Assembly (NCBI GenBank): GCA_001642005.1
Contig: LWCA01000187.1
Location: forward strand, 1-42,774
Direction of reading: 5' to 3'
DNA from: Intoshia linei
Taxonomy: Eukaryota; Animalia; Orthonectida
DNA: 42,774 nucleotides
Part shown: one piece after another, positions 11,098-22,617 of the stretch
Layout of the letters: each line of letters starts with the position of its first letter
Position numbering within the stretch: position 1 is the stretch's first letter
Position numbers and translations under genes: made by a program
Notes under the pieces: model-generated
What the model was told of the DNA's origin: nothing
What the model saw: only the letters and a program-made list of their open reading frames with translations
Databases searched by the model: none

Positions 11098-14000
11098 ATG
11101 ACAAACATGTGCCCAAAATACATTTGTAATTTTGAAAACTTAAAAGAAGGGAATCCCGAAAAGTGGTTGCATAGCCTTTGGTAACTTTAATAAAATATAT
11201 ATTTTTTGAATCATTTTAGGCAAGTGCAAAATGCAATTATGTGCAATGAGTACAATGTTAGAAACTTGGTAAACTCGGATATGATTGTTAGGTATTATAT
11301 CAGTGATTCCTTTTGAGTCGGAGAAGGGGTTTTAGAAAAACATTAATTTTGTTTCAAATCTAAACTACAATAGAATAAAAATTAATTCTCTAAATTGATG
11401 TATCTTATTATTCAGTTGTTACCATAGATCGGTGGTTCCCAAACCGTGCGCCGTATAATAAGTATTGTAAATATATTTATTTGTACTTGAATTAATGTTA
11501 GTGTTGTATTTATGTTTTGTTTATTCCTTAATTTATAAATTTCAACTTATGTTTGTTTAAGATAAACAAATCACCAAACGTTTTATAGTCATTTTGATAA
11601 TGTTTAAACATTTTGGTGCATATTTTTTTAGTGGGCTACCCAGCAAAACCGAGTTAAATTTTTCGTGCAAATATTTCAAGTGTTAAGAAATTTTTTACTT
11701 ATATAACAATAATAATACTATATTATTATTATACATTATATTTGTTATTACTATCAGTTCTAAATTTAAAAATATTTGGTATATTTGGTATATTTTCTTT
11801 ATTCTTAATGCTACTGTTTATGGAACTGTCATGTTATGGTTTTATCAACTTTCTATGTTTTTTTTGTGAGGCAATATCTATTCCTAGACCAAGAAAAATT
11901 TTTTGGAATACAATCATTATAATGATTTGTATAGATATTTTTTTTAATTATCCAACTCGTTTGATTTTAAAAAAAAAAAACAATTGAAGTTTTTGACCCG
12001 TAGGATGTGAGTTTAGGAGGTTGAAATTTATTTTGCTAACACCCCGGAAAAAACTGTAATTGAAATATGGACTTTATAAAATTTTAAGACTGGTAGTTTT
12101 TGAAATAAACGTGAATACACAGTCTGTGTGATACAGGCACACAAACAAATATTACGTAGCATATTATATAAGTAAAGATTATTGAATTATTATAAATAGT
12201 TAACTAATATAATAGTATTTTTAGGATAATTGAAATTTTTAATTTTCCGGAAGCATCTATCAAAATAAAAACATGCATTTGCTATATATTTACTGTCGTT
12301 TATAAAACCAATTACAATTCTCTATCTGACAATGTAAAAAATTTATTAAGTGAAAATTTCATATCTACAGTTTCCTCATATTGGTTAATACAGGATGATA
12401 AACTGACACTTTCTATATTATATCTTATAAATGCAATTACTGGTATTACTCAATTGGATTGGAAAAAATATTTTCAAGAAAACAAAGAAATTCTTTCACG
12501 TTTAAAAAAATTTTTGTATATAAGAAACTTTAAAAATGAATGTTTCGTTATACCAAAGGTTTTTGATACACTTTCTACAATTTTACACGACGTAGAAATG
12601 GTTGAAGTAATTTTTTTAATTATAATTTGGTTTAATTTCACATTTTTTGTTATTAATGGCATATAATCCACGATTATATATTGATAAGTAGAGAATCCTA
12701 CGAGAGATATTCCAGTGTCGTGTTAACCCCGGATAAGACAGAAATACGTTTGACTGCGGAAAAACCATTTTTTCAGAATTGAAACGGTCTGAATTAAACA
12801 TTAAAAAGCATTTTATTCCTTAAAACTGATTTTGGTGTATTAATACGAAGTGTACAGGGGTTGATGAGGTTGATGTCCATGTGTAATGTAAGTACAGTCT
12901 AAGTCAGGTGTCGCAACCTTTTGCGTCTCATGGGCCACTATTTTTTATCAAAAATTTACAAAAATTGAAAATTTACACATGATACATTTCTATGTTAACG
13001 GAAGATAAACGGTTTTAGTATATTCAACAAAATAATATCCAAGCAATATGAAAATTCAGAATTAAAATGATTATCATGAATCAATTATAACTTTCTACTT
13101 AGAAAATGTTAAAAGTCCACAAATTTAGAAATAAATAATTTACATATTTACTCAAAGGGCCACCAAAATTATTGTGTGGGGCACTGGTTGCCGAGTCCTG
13201 GTCTAAGTCCTTATTAACAGAATTTATGTTTACTTAAAGAATTTGTATTAACCAAAAATTCCGTTAATAAAAATGTTATCAATAAAGCTCTATAATTTAT
13301 TTTTAATTACTATCATAAATAAAAACTTACTTGCTCATTTTATTTTTTTACTAATTTGAAGTCGATTTATTAATATTTTTATCAAATGTTTCATGAAACC
13401 CGTTGAGAATGGTTGGTATATAGTACTTCGTCATATATTATTCAAGTACTCATAATAACAAGAAATATGGCCATTTAATGGTTTTTATTTATAAAAAATT
13501 AATTTTCGTTAACAAGTGTGTTACTGTGGGAAAAATTCTCGTTAATAAGGACTTAGAGTCTAAGAAAGTGGTCTCCAGGAAATTATAAGTGGTACACAAG
13601 AAAAATTTAAATAAAATAAAAATAATTTTTTTTTTTTAAATAATATTAAATTTAATATTATTCATTATCGATCATTTATGATTATTATTAGTGAACGTAA
13701 ACATCATTTTATAAAAATGAAGTAACAATTTACTGAATAACGTGAATAATTTTCACGTGCGTTACATTTAATCTATGTAACGATTTAACTTAGTTCGATA
13801 GTCGTTCCCAGAATCGAACCTAGAAAGCTCGTGGCTATTCCTAAAATGAAAAATAGCTTTTAAAAAAATTTGTAAACGAATTATAATGTCATATAACCCT
13901 ATCCACCTTTCAACACTCTTGAGTTGACATTTTAAATTTAACACACAAATTAGTTGATATTTAATGCATAATTTAGTAAATTATAGCCTCATTTTAAAAA

Positions 14001-17000
14001 ATTTTAATTGAGATCCTTTGGTAGAAAAGGTCTCGGATACAGTATATTCGACACTGGTAGTTCACCATAATTGTGTTTGAAAGTAATAATTTTTTTAATT
14101 ACGTCATTGAAGCTATCATGTCAAAATTAATGTAAAATTTTCGAATTTAGGACAAATATATAATAAAAAAATGTAAATATTACCTTAGTGACGTGTTCAG
14201 GATTAAGGGGATTTTTTTTTTAAAAATAATGTGGTCCACACACATTTATTTTTGTGACAAGTGGTCCATGGTGGATAAAGTTTGGGGACCACTGGTCTAA
14301 GACTTAGAATGTATATCGAAAATACAATACAATACCAGTCATAATGTACGCAGGCCGTGGAGTTGGAGTTGAAATTTTGTGATTATATTAACTGGAATAA
14401 GCTCTATCAGAATAATTTTTTTTTTTTTAATTTACGGATTTTTAATTATTTTACATTTTTTGTTTCAATAAAATATTTCGGAAAAAAATATATGAATACT
14501 ACAATGCTTTTTTAACCTTGAAGGCGTCACTTATTCAGATTGAAATTTTTTATGTGTATTAACAGGATACAACTGTACCACCTGTAAATTTTTCTAAATT
14601 CTAGGGCTGTTTTCATTAAAAAAAGAAGGGTAATTTTGGGTTTTGGCTCTGAACATATGAGTTTGAGAGGTTAAAATTTATTTTTCTAACACTACCGGAA
14701 AATACTGTAATTGAAATGTGGACTTTATAAAATTATAAGACTGGTAGTTATTAAAATAAACGATAACACACACACTAACAATTAATACTAACAAACAAAT
14801 ATTGTATAGCATATTATATAAGTAAGGATTTCGATAACCAATGCGATTTCCAACGGTTATTTTTAATTTATAGATAATAACGATTATATTCATAGAAGTC
14901 CTATTTTTTAAACTTTTTGATAGGGCCTACAAATTCAATCTGGTCCGAGCCTACTGTGGCTCTCCACGGTCCTGAATGTACGTATCGTTATGAAATAAGA
15001 CATTTATGAGATATGGACTTGTAAGAATTGGAGAATGCCGGTCATAAAAAGTCCATTGTGTAATTCAAAATCTTTTTAGACGGTTTAAATTTGTATGTAT
15101 CCCGGTTTTCCTAAATGTGAATAAAATGTGAAGAAAATTTAATATTTTTATATCGGACCAGTATGATACTGAAACGGCAATTGCTTTAAAAATATCTGAA
15201 TCAAATATTGTTATTTATATTACATTAATAACATTTGATTAACTAAAAAATCAATTTAGTACTTTATATCCACTGATATATGGGAAGATTATATATTGTT
15301 AAAGATTTTTGAATATACTTTCTCAGAAAAAATAAATGTATTTTTATAATTTTAAGACGTCAATTATTATAGTATCAAATTGCTGCTTTGAATTTATTAA
15401 GCATCTTGGTTCAAGAACATAGTCATGTAGTGTATATGATGATGAAAAGTAGTTTTTGTGTATATTTTTAACTCAATTTTAGTAACTGTGGCTAAAAGGT
15501 TTTGTACTGAAATTTTGATATATAATACTCGAGAACACGTGAATAAGGATGTGCAAGTTCGGTCGTGTATAATGTAATATATTTTTAACTGTATCGACAC
15601 CACATTTATTTATATTATAAACTATTAGACTGGCTCATTTTTACATGGCTATTTCTAATAGACAACTTTATAATTTGACCATATGCTATGTAATTATACT
15701 TTTTATTAAATATAATTGAAATCAGACCATTCCTGCTTTATGTCGGATGTGTAATATTAAATATGATGCGGTTGTCAGAATTCTAGCTGGAAGCATTTTA
15801 CATTTACTTTTGAAAAATAATCAAGAATTGTGTATTCACACTTATCAAATCGAAAATATAGCCCAAACGTTGATTCAAATAATTTCCACGTCGACACCTA
15901 TCGATGAATCTGATAATCTAACGAATGTATATGGTAATAACCATTTTACACGATACTAACTTAACTGATATGTACTTGGTACAAACAGTAGCTAGCTCTG
16001 TGAGGGTCGCCTTTTTAATTCACCAAAAAATTAAATTTAATCAAAAATATTACATGGACATGTCACAATACCAAATAGCAATTAATTAGGTTTTGTATAT
16101 TTTAACTATTCCATATTTTAAATATCTACGTCACAATATATTTGTTTGGTGATTGTTTACCTCATGTGAGTATTTACGTGTTAAAACAGTGATTCTCAAT
16201 CTTTTGCATCTTGGGACCCATTATGAACATCTAAAAATTTCGCGACCATTTCTATCACGAAAAACCAAAAATTTCACAAGACTTCACTGAGACTTGTATT
16301 TAACAAGGGTGGTCGATTTGCTGGTTTTTATTACCAGCAAAAACAATGCTGGTATCTTTGCTGATACCAACAAATATTTTTAAATATATTAAGATATTTA
16401 TAAATGACTAATTTGTAAAATGTAAATTGAATATAATAACTAGGGTTTAACTTTTTAGTGTGATTCTATTGTGTGAGTCTATTTAATCATTAAAATTTTA
16501 AGATCAACCTGACACATTCAAAAAAACGTGGAATCGTTTTCTTGTAAAAAATAATCAGAAAACGAGTCTCACAAATTTTAAATATTTAGAATTAAGTATT
16601 CGGAAAAACGGATTTTTCCTTCATGGTTGCTAAAATTTTGGATTTTTAGTTTGTGGTTATATTAAGAGTGTTTTCTCGTAAGGTGTGGTAAAATCGAAGT
16701 TTAGAAAAAAAATGTAGAAAAAGAGATTTTGCCTCAACTTAAGGTTTAAAGGTTTGTAAAATTCGATTTTTTTTGGGGTTGGATGAAAAGTTTTTTTGTA
16801 AAATCGTAATAAGGTCTTGTTTTATTTTAAATAAAGGGCTTGAAATGGTATTTATTAAATATTATTAAATTTTATTAATTATGGAATAAAAGTGGGATTT
16901 ATAAAATAATAATTTAGCGGTTATCTAGGTTGTGGGAAAAAATCTCAACATCTGACAACTCTGCAATAATTTATTTCACAAAAATAGACTAATTTTTTAA

Positions 17001-20000
17001 TTTTGCTGGTAATAAAACCAGAATGCTGGTAACCCCTTTGGTAATTAAGGATTTCCTGGGAAATTTCAATTCTTTTAATTTCATTAATATGCATATTTAT
17101 ATATAAAATTAGATATTATGATGTTAATTGAAAATATTTGTATAGTAAATGAATTTTTTGTTAAAAATTATAAGAAATGGTAAATTCAACTAATAAGAAA
17201 ATCGCTTCAAATTTATTTTCACAGCGTTAATTGAAAATTAACACAAATAAAATACAGCATTAATCGAATTTCGCGTTAATCGAGGGAAACCTGTAATTAT
17301 ACATGTATTTCGAACAAAATCATACTTTCAACTACAATATATTCAAAGTTTAAAAAAATTTATATCGAATTTAGTGAATGTCATAGTTTTTTCCAGTAGT
17401 ATAGTACATTGTTTTAGGATCCAATAGTTAATAAGGTTGGCGACCCTAAAATTTACGATTTAAGATTTATTAAAGTCACCTTCAACGTGATAATAGCCAC
17501 ATGGGTAATAAATTTGGGGTAATTAATGAATTTTGATCTATTAAATTACACTTAAATGTGTACTACACTGGAATGTTTGTAAGCACTCCATACTAAGGTG
17601 AAATTGTTTGAAAAAAGAACTGTGAAATTGCGTCGATTGTGGCTATTTTCTGAAACTGCTACAAAAGATGACTTTAGATTTGGCTAATATTACGTTTAAA
17701 GTGATTTTTTTAGTGCGCAATATGCAACTGTTAAGAAATACTTATATATTTAGGATATTCTGATTTAATTGTCCAGAATGCATTTAACATTTTGTCATCT
17801 TTGACGGACACTGAAGAATCTATTAGAACCTCGGTATTTTACATGTATTTTTGCTTAATACGGTTTGTGATAGTACCATTTACATTACTATTCACTGTCA
17901 TCATAATTTTTTTTTTAATTTTTGGATTATTAATTATTTCACATTTTTTGATTTACATTGTTAATAAAATATTTCGGAAAAAATATATGAATACTAAAAT
18001 GCTTTTTTGACCGTGAAGTCGTCACTTATTCAGATTTAAATTTTTTGTTTTTAACACGATACAACTGTACCACCTGTAATTTTGTTCTTGTTCTGTAAGT
18101 TCTAGGATGTTTTCATTAAAAAAAAAGGGTCATTTGGGGTTTTGGCCCTGAAGATATAATTTTTTTAAATTTAAATTTATGATAATGTTTATGATTTTAA
18201 AATCCGTATCAGCGTATTTATTTTTTTAAATTCTCCATCTCGTTTGATTTTTAAAAAAAAGGACAATTGGCGTTTTTGACCCATAAGATGTGATTTTGGG
18301 AGGTTGAACTTTAGTTTGCGAACACCCCCGGAAAAACTGTAATTGAAATGTGGACTTTATAAAATTCTAAGACGGGTATTTATTTAAATAAAATTGAACA
18401 CACACATACGCACACACAAACAAAAATTGCGTAGCATATTATATAAGTAAAGATAACAAAACTTCACTGTTAGCCACTTGTCATATTTATTAATCGCCAG
18501 ACTTGATAACAAAATACCTGAGTGTACACTACATTGTAGTGTACTGTAGTACAGTATACATCAAACCAATGAACCGTAATAAGCAATTATACCGATAGTG
18601 CCGTTTCATTTTGACAACGTGTCAATATTAAATTTGAAAAATTGTTCATTTTTACTAATCATTTCTCACTATTTATAAAAATTTAGAATAAGGAATTTGG
18701 GACCAAAAAAAGTGAGATTAATATTTTATGTAAATATTATCAAAAAATGGGCCATAAAAAGAGTATAGAATCATTAATTTTACCATAACACCTGACACGC
18801 CCGTCAATTTATATGACACTATACATATATAAATATATATATATTATTGATACAATTAGATAATTGCTTTTAAAAACGATTTACCTATATTAAACAAACA
18901 CATAATAAAACATTTAAAATCAAATAATTGGGGCATTAGAATAGCCTGCACATATTTTTTAATTTCTTTATCTCGTTCTCCGATACTTTTAAGGAAATTT
19001 TTTATAGATAATGAATATGCAACAATATTCATGGAGGTAAAACTTGATAATTTTAATTTAACATACAATGTATACAGAACATTAAAGAAAAGTATCCATA
19101 TAATCTAAGAAAATTGAGCCTTTGTTGTCTCTGTAATCTAGTCCTGCATTTATCGTACCTTCGACATGTACAATAGAAATGAGTGGAAAAATAACATTTT
19201 TAAAATTAGAAATTTTTGGACCCGAATTTACAATTTATTCAATCAATTACAGCAATATTAGTGCGTGAGGATGACAATTTGAAATTTCATGCATTATGGA
19301 TTTTGATGGTAAATTTGTGTTATTTTCAAGATTACAATTTAATTTCAGAACTTAATGCACACTGCAACTGAACAAGTAAAAATTTATTTTGTAAATACCG
19401 TTGGATTGAAATATTTTATGGATATTATAATGGGGGATTACAATACAATGATACAAGAAAAAACAATAGCCCTCTTGATAAATGTATACAACTGTTGTGT
19501 TGAAGTGGGTGTTTAAATATAAACTACTATTAATTTTTTTTACATGTCATATTATTCGTTTATTTTTAGGGATGGAAATTACAAGAATTTCAAAATTATT
19601 TCAATCAATTTATTAACATAGCTGTTAGTCATTTCAAATTTCAAGAAGACGACGATTCGTTGCATGTGCCAGTTTTTATCATTTATATAGATATTAATCA
19701 TGAATTTAGATGATGTTATTTTTGTCAACTTTTTGCAATATTTCCCCTTGCCGAAAAACTATTTTTCAAAGTTGTGATATTTTAGAAGCAATTGAAACTA
19801 ACTTGGTAAACTTACTTTTTATTCATACTTATCACTAGTGTTGCCCGGTCAGAAGAAAATTGTAGCCCCCTGTAAAAATTTTTAAAAAATTGGACATATA
19901 CATTGCTTAATCGATCGGTCATTATCTAAAAATTGAAAATAACCAATTGGTCTGTTAATAGAACATTTTATTATACGATAATGTTGGTATAGTTAATCAA

Positions 20001-21602
20001 TTTTTCAACATTACCTATTAATAAATTTAATTAGTAGACCCCTCAAGATTGTAGGTTAGGGCCATATGGCCTTAGCCCACCTCCACGGCCCTGCGTGTAA
20101 GCACTGTCAAGCGCCGTGAAACATGTAAAAAATAGAAATCAAGTTTGATTTTTAATTTTTCTTAAATTGTAGCAGATCGGTAAAATTCATTTTAGATTAA
20201 GTTTGACTTCAAACGGTTGGGAATCATCTTTGAATAAAACGATTAAGATTAATTTAGAGAAATGAAAAATGCATGAATATTAGCATAGCGTGTATACGTA
20301 ATTTGGCACGTGATTGCACAAGATGTATGTTTGAATTTTATAATTATTTTCTGTGAACGGTGTATTTAAATAAATATGTACATTGTACACCAACGATTCA
20401 TAGAAGTTCAGTATCCTATAAATGTTATAATAAAATGTAGACATTCAATGCACATTTTTTTTTGAAATTGTAGGATCAATATTTACATTTTCAATATTTA
20501 TTTTTTTCAATCGAAATATTTGAAAAATATTGGTTGATAATATATTAAAAGTTATTTTTCACCCGGGAATGCTTAGATTTCTGGAATTGAAATTTTGTAT
20601 TTATATCAACCGGAATAAGCTCTATCAGAATAATATTTTTATTGAATTTTCGAACCGTTAATTATTTCACATTTAATGTTTTAATAAAATATTTACGGAA
20701 AAAAATATATGAATACTAAAATGCTTTTTTGACCGTGAAGTCGTCACTTATTCAGATTTAAATTTTTTGTTATTAACATAATACAACTGTACACCTGCAA
20801 AATTTTTTAAATCTTAGGGTTGTTTCTATAAAAAAAGGGGTCATTTGTGGTTTTAGCCCTGAAGATATAATTAATTTAAATTTAAATTTATAATAATGTT
20901 TATGATTTTAAAATCCGTATCAACATATATATTTTTTAAATTCTCCAACTCGTTTGATTTTCAAAAAAAAGGGACAATTGAGGTTTTTGACCCGTAAGAT
21001 GTGAGTTTGGAAGGTTGAAATGTATCTTATTATTCCTCACGGAAAAAACTGTATTTGAAATGTGGAATTTATAAAATTCTAAGACTGGTAGTTATTGAAA
21101 TAAAGTAGAACACACACACAAACAAATATTGCGTAGCATATTATGTAAGTAAGGATATGTATTCCCACTTAATCTTGGAGTAACCATACCATATTGATAC
21201 CAGGGGTTCCCACTTTTTTCACGGTGGACCGGTAATAAATTATAAAACTATCGCGGACTATTAAATTGAAATTACTATGCAACATTAAAAAAAATTTGAT
21301 AAAAAACGTAATAAATTGACTATTAATTAATAAAAATGATTTTTTGGATCAGTACTGTCCAGCATTTGGAAAACGCGGATCTATACTATCAAGTATTTAC
21401 CTAATAAACTGTGAATCGTTGGTGTGTTGTTTATACTTTTTAGGTGACATACAGGCTTTGAAAAATAACAATATAATAAGTACAATGAAAGGCATCCTCA
21501 ACGAAGACGTGAATGGCAATAGCAAAAATATGTATACATTCTTTATAAATGTCAATATATTTTAGGATTATGGACGTTATATATTCATTAAATTTAAATT
21601 GA
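11098..21602 (+). CDS. ARMC8: Armadillo repeat-containing protein 8 (CTLH/GID E3 ligase subunit GID5), divergent, ~18 exons
   Basis: Spliced exons follow ARMC8 colinearly. Segments: NPEKWLHSLWQVQNAIMCN (11098-11291), DNVKNLLSENFI (12225-12606), QIAALNLLSIL (~15375), TIPALCRMC (~15726), AFNILSSLTDTEESIR (~17753), IRIACTYFLISLSRS (~18860), CCLCNLVL, HALWILM/NL, QEKTIALLIN (19080-19500), IACIRNL (~20257), DIQALKNNNII (~21444). Stop TGA at 21600-21602. Confidence 0.85.
11930..12178 (-). mobile_element. Helitron-like family A, 5' fragment (ARMC8 intron)
   Basis: GTTTTTGACCCGTAGGATGTGAG ... CACACAAACAAATATTACGTAGCATATTATATAAGTAAAGA|T. Confidence 0.7.
12905..13200. mobile_element. hAT MITE with perfect 8-bp TSD GTCTAAGT
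   Basis: GTCTAAGT|CAGGTGTCGCAACC ... GGTTGCCGAGTCCTG|GTCTAAGT. Confidence 0.85.
13566..14294. mobile_element. hAT MITE with perfect 8-bp TSD GTCTAAGA
   Basis: GTCTAAGA|AAGTGGTCTCCAG ... TTTGGGGACCACTG|GTCTAAGA. Confidence 0.8.
14351..14974. mobile_element. hAT MITE family B with 8-bp TSD AATGTACG, carrying a Helitron-like family A segment (~14368-14828)
   Basis: AATGTACG|CAGGCCGTGGAG ... CTCCACGGTCCTG|AATGTACG. The interior matches family A up to TAAGTAAGGA|T. Confidence 0.85.
15955..16030 (-). repeat. Helitron-like 3' terminal fragment
   Basis: Reverse complement of the hairpin end seen at 10803-10844 and 38871-38910. A similar piece lies at 22247-22320. Confidence 0.55.
16304..17040. mobile_element. 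Unclassified TIR element containing a family C repeat (~16540-16963)
   Basis: Inverted repeat CTGGTTTTTATTACCAGCAAAA (16321-16342) / TTTTGCTGGTAATAAAACCAG (17001-17021). The interior has GGTAAAATCG-type units ending ATCTGACAACTCTG. Confidence 0.6.
17900..18453 (-). mobile_element. Helitron-like family A copy (ARMC8 intron)
   Basis: Long colinear match to 20630-21155 with the same terminus. Confidence 0.7.
19840..20093 (+). mobile_element. hAT-type MITE family B (partial)
   Basis: Homologous to 10085-10387. Ends CCTCCACGGCCCTG. Confidence 0.7.
20430..21155 (-). mobile_element. Helitron-like family A copy (long, well preserved)
   Basis: Reverse complement of 34297-34927 with extra sequence. 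The terminus is GCGTAGCATATTATGTAAGTAAGGA|T. Confidence 0.72.
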
Positions 21603-22145
21603 TATATTCCTTAATTATTTGTTATTAAATCTTTAAATTATTTTTTATCTAAATTAAAATTAATATAGTTAATATTAAATTAAATCTTGATACACTTGAG
21701 GAGTTTATTTCTATTAAATTTTTTCGATATTAATAAATTACGCATCATTTACCAACAGTTTTTGGTTTTCAGTCACCAGGGATGAATGAGCAGTAGGGTG
21801 TTAACTTTTACAATTTTTCTCAATTAAAAAAAAGTATATTTCAGTATCTGGGTTTGTTTCTATGGTTTATTTCTAACAAAATGGTAAAATTTTTTTTAAT
21901 TCAGTTAAGAATAACTTTCGCGCATTTGCAATTTATCAACAATCTTCAAAAATTTTAAATTCAATTAAAATTAGTAAATTACCATCACTATTTGTTTGCC
22001 AGCAGCCCTGGAATCGCGGCACTTGGATTAGTTTCATGTGATTAGATATATACTTGGATTAATAATATATGATTTTATATACCACTCTTCGATTTAGGCT
22101 GTCAAAACATATACACTATAGTCAAAAATTATTATAAAACTTGAT

Positions 22146-22453
22146 CAGTGTTTCTTAACCTTTTTACTTTAGGACACATTTTAATTCTGATAATATAAAT
22201 AAAAATTTGAATGCACCTGGTATCTACTCATAGCTCAATTGTTAAGAATGACTGTTATTTACTTCGTACAAACAGTATCTAGCTCTGTCGAAAACGGACT
22301 TTTTTAATTTCAACAAAAAAATGAATTAAATTATAAAATCCTACATAAAATGCTACTATCGCCCCTAGATGGGAGTACCGCCTATATTAGCTTTATTATT
22401 TATACTTTTAATGTAATATAGGTTCCGCCTGACAAAAATGTTGAGAAACATTG
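22146..22453. mobile_element. Degenerate hAT-type MITE
   Basis: TIR-like ends CAGTGTTTCTTAAC / GTTGAGAAACATTG. There is no clean TSD. Confidence 0.5.
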
Positions 22454-22617
22454 ATCTATACGGTTGAAACTAACATGTTCTTTTTCCCAAATAGGTTCCT
22501 GAAGGGTTAAATTTTCTATACATAATTAAAAAAGTAACCAATTAATTAATATACAAGACATTTAATATACATATTGTACATATTACATTGAAATGTTAAT
22601 ACATGTATATTATTTTA

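Larger units (their letters stand above)
12893..14313. mobile_element. Tc1/mariner (pogo-like) MITE whose two TIRs are interrupted by hAT MITEs
   Basis: Reconstructed ends are TA|CAGTCTAAGTCCTTATTAAC and GTTAATAAGGACTTAGA(A)TG|TA once the two inserts are removed. Confidence 0.7.

Noticed and set aside
11742-11987. Hydrophobic 81-aa ORF, and similar ORFs at 14678, 30434, 31327, 31746
   Set aside because: These are low-complexity F/I/L/K ORFs in AT-rich introns or repeats with no recognisable motif.
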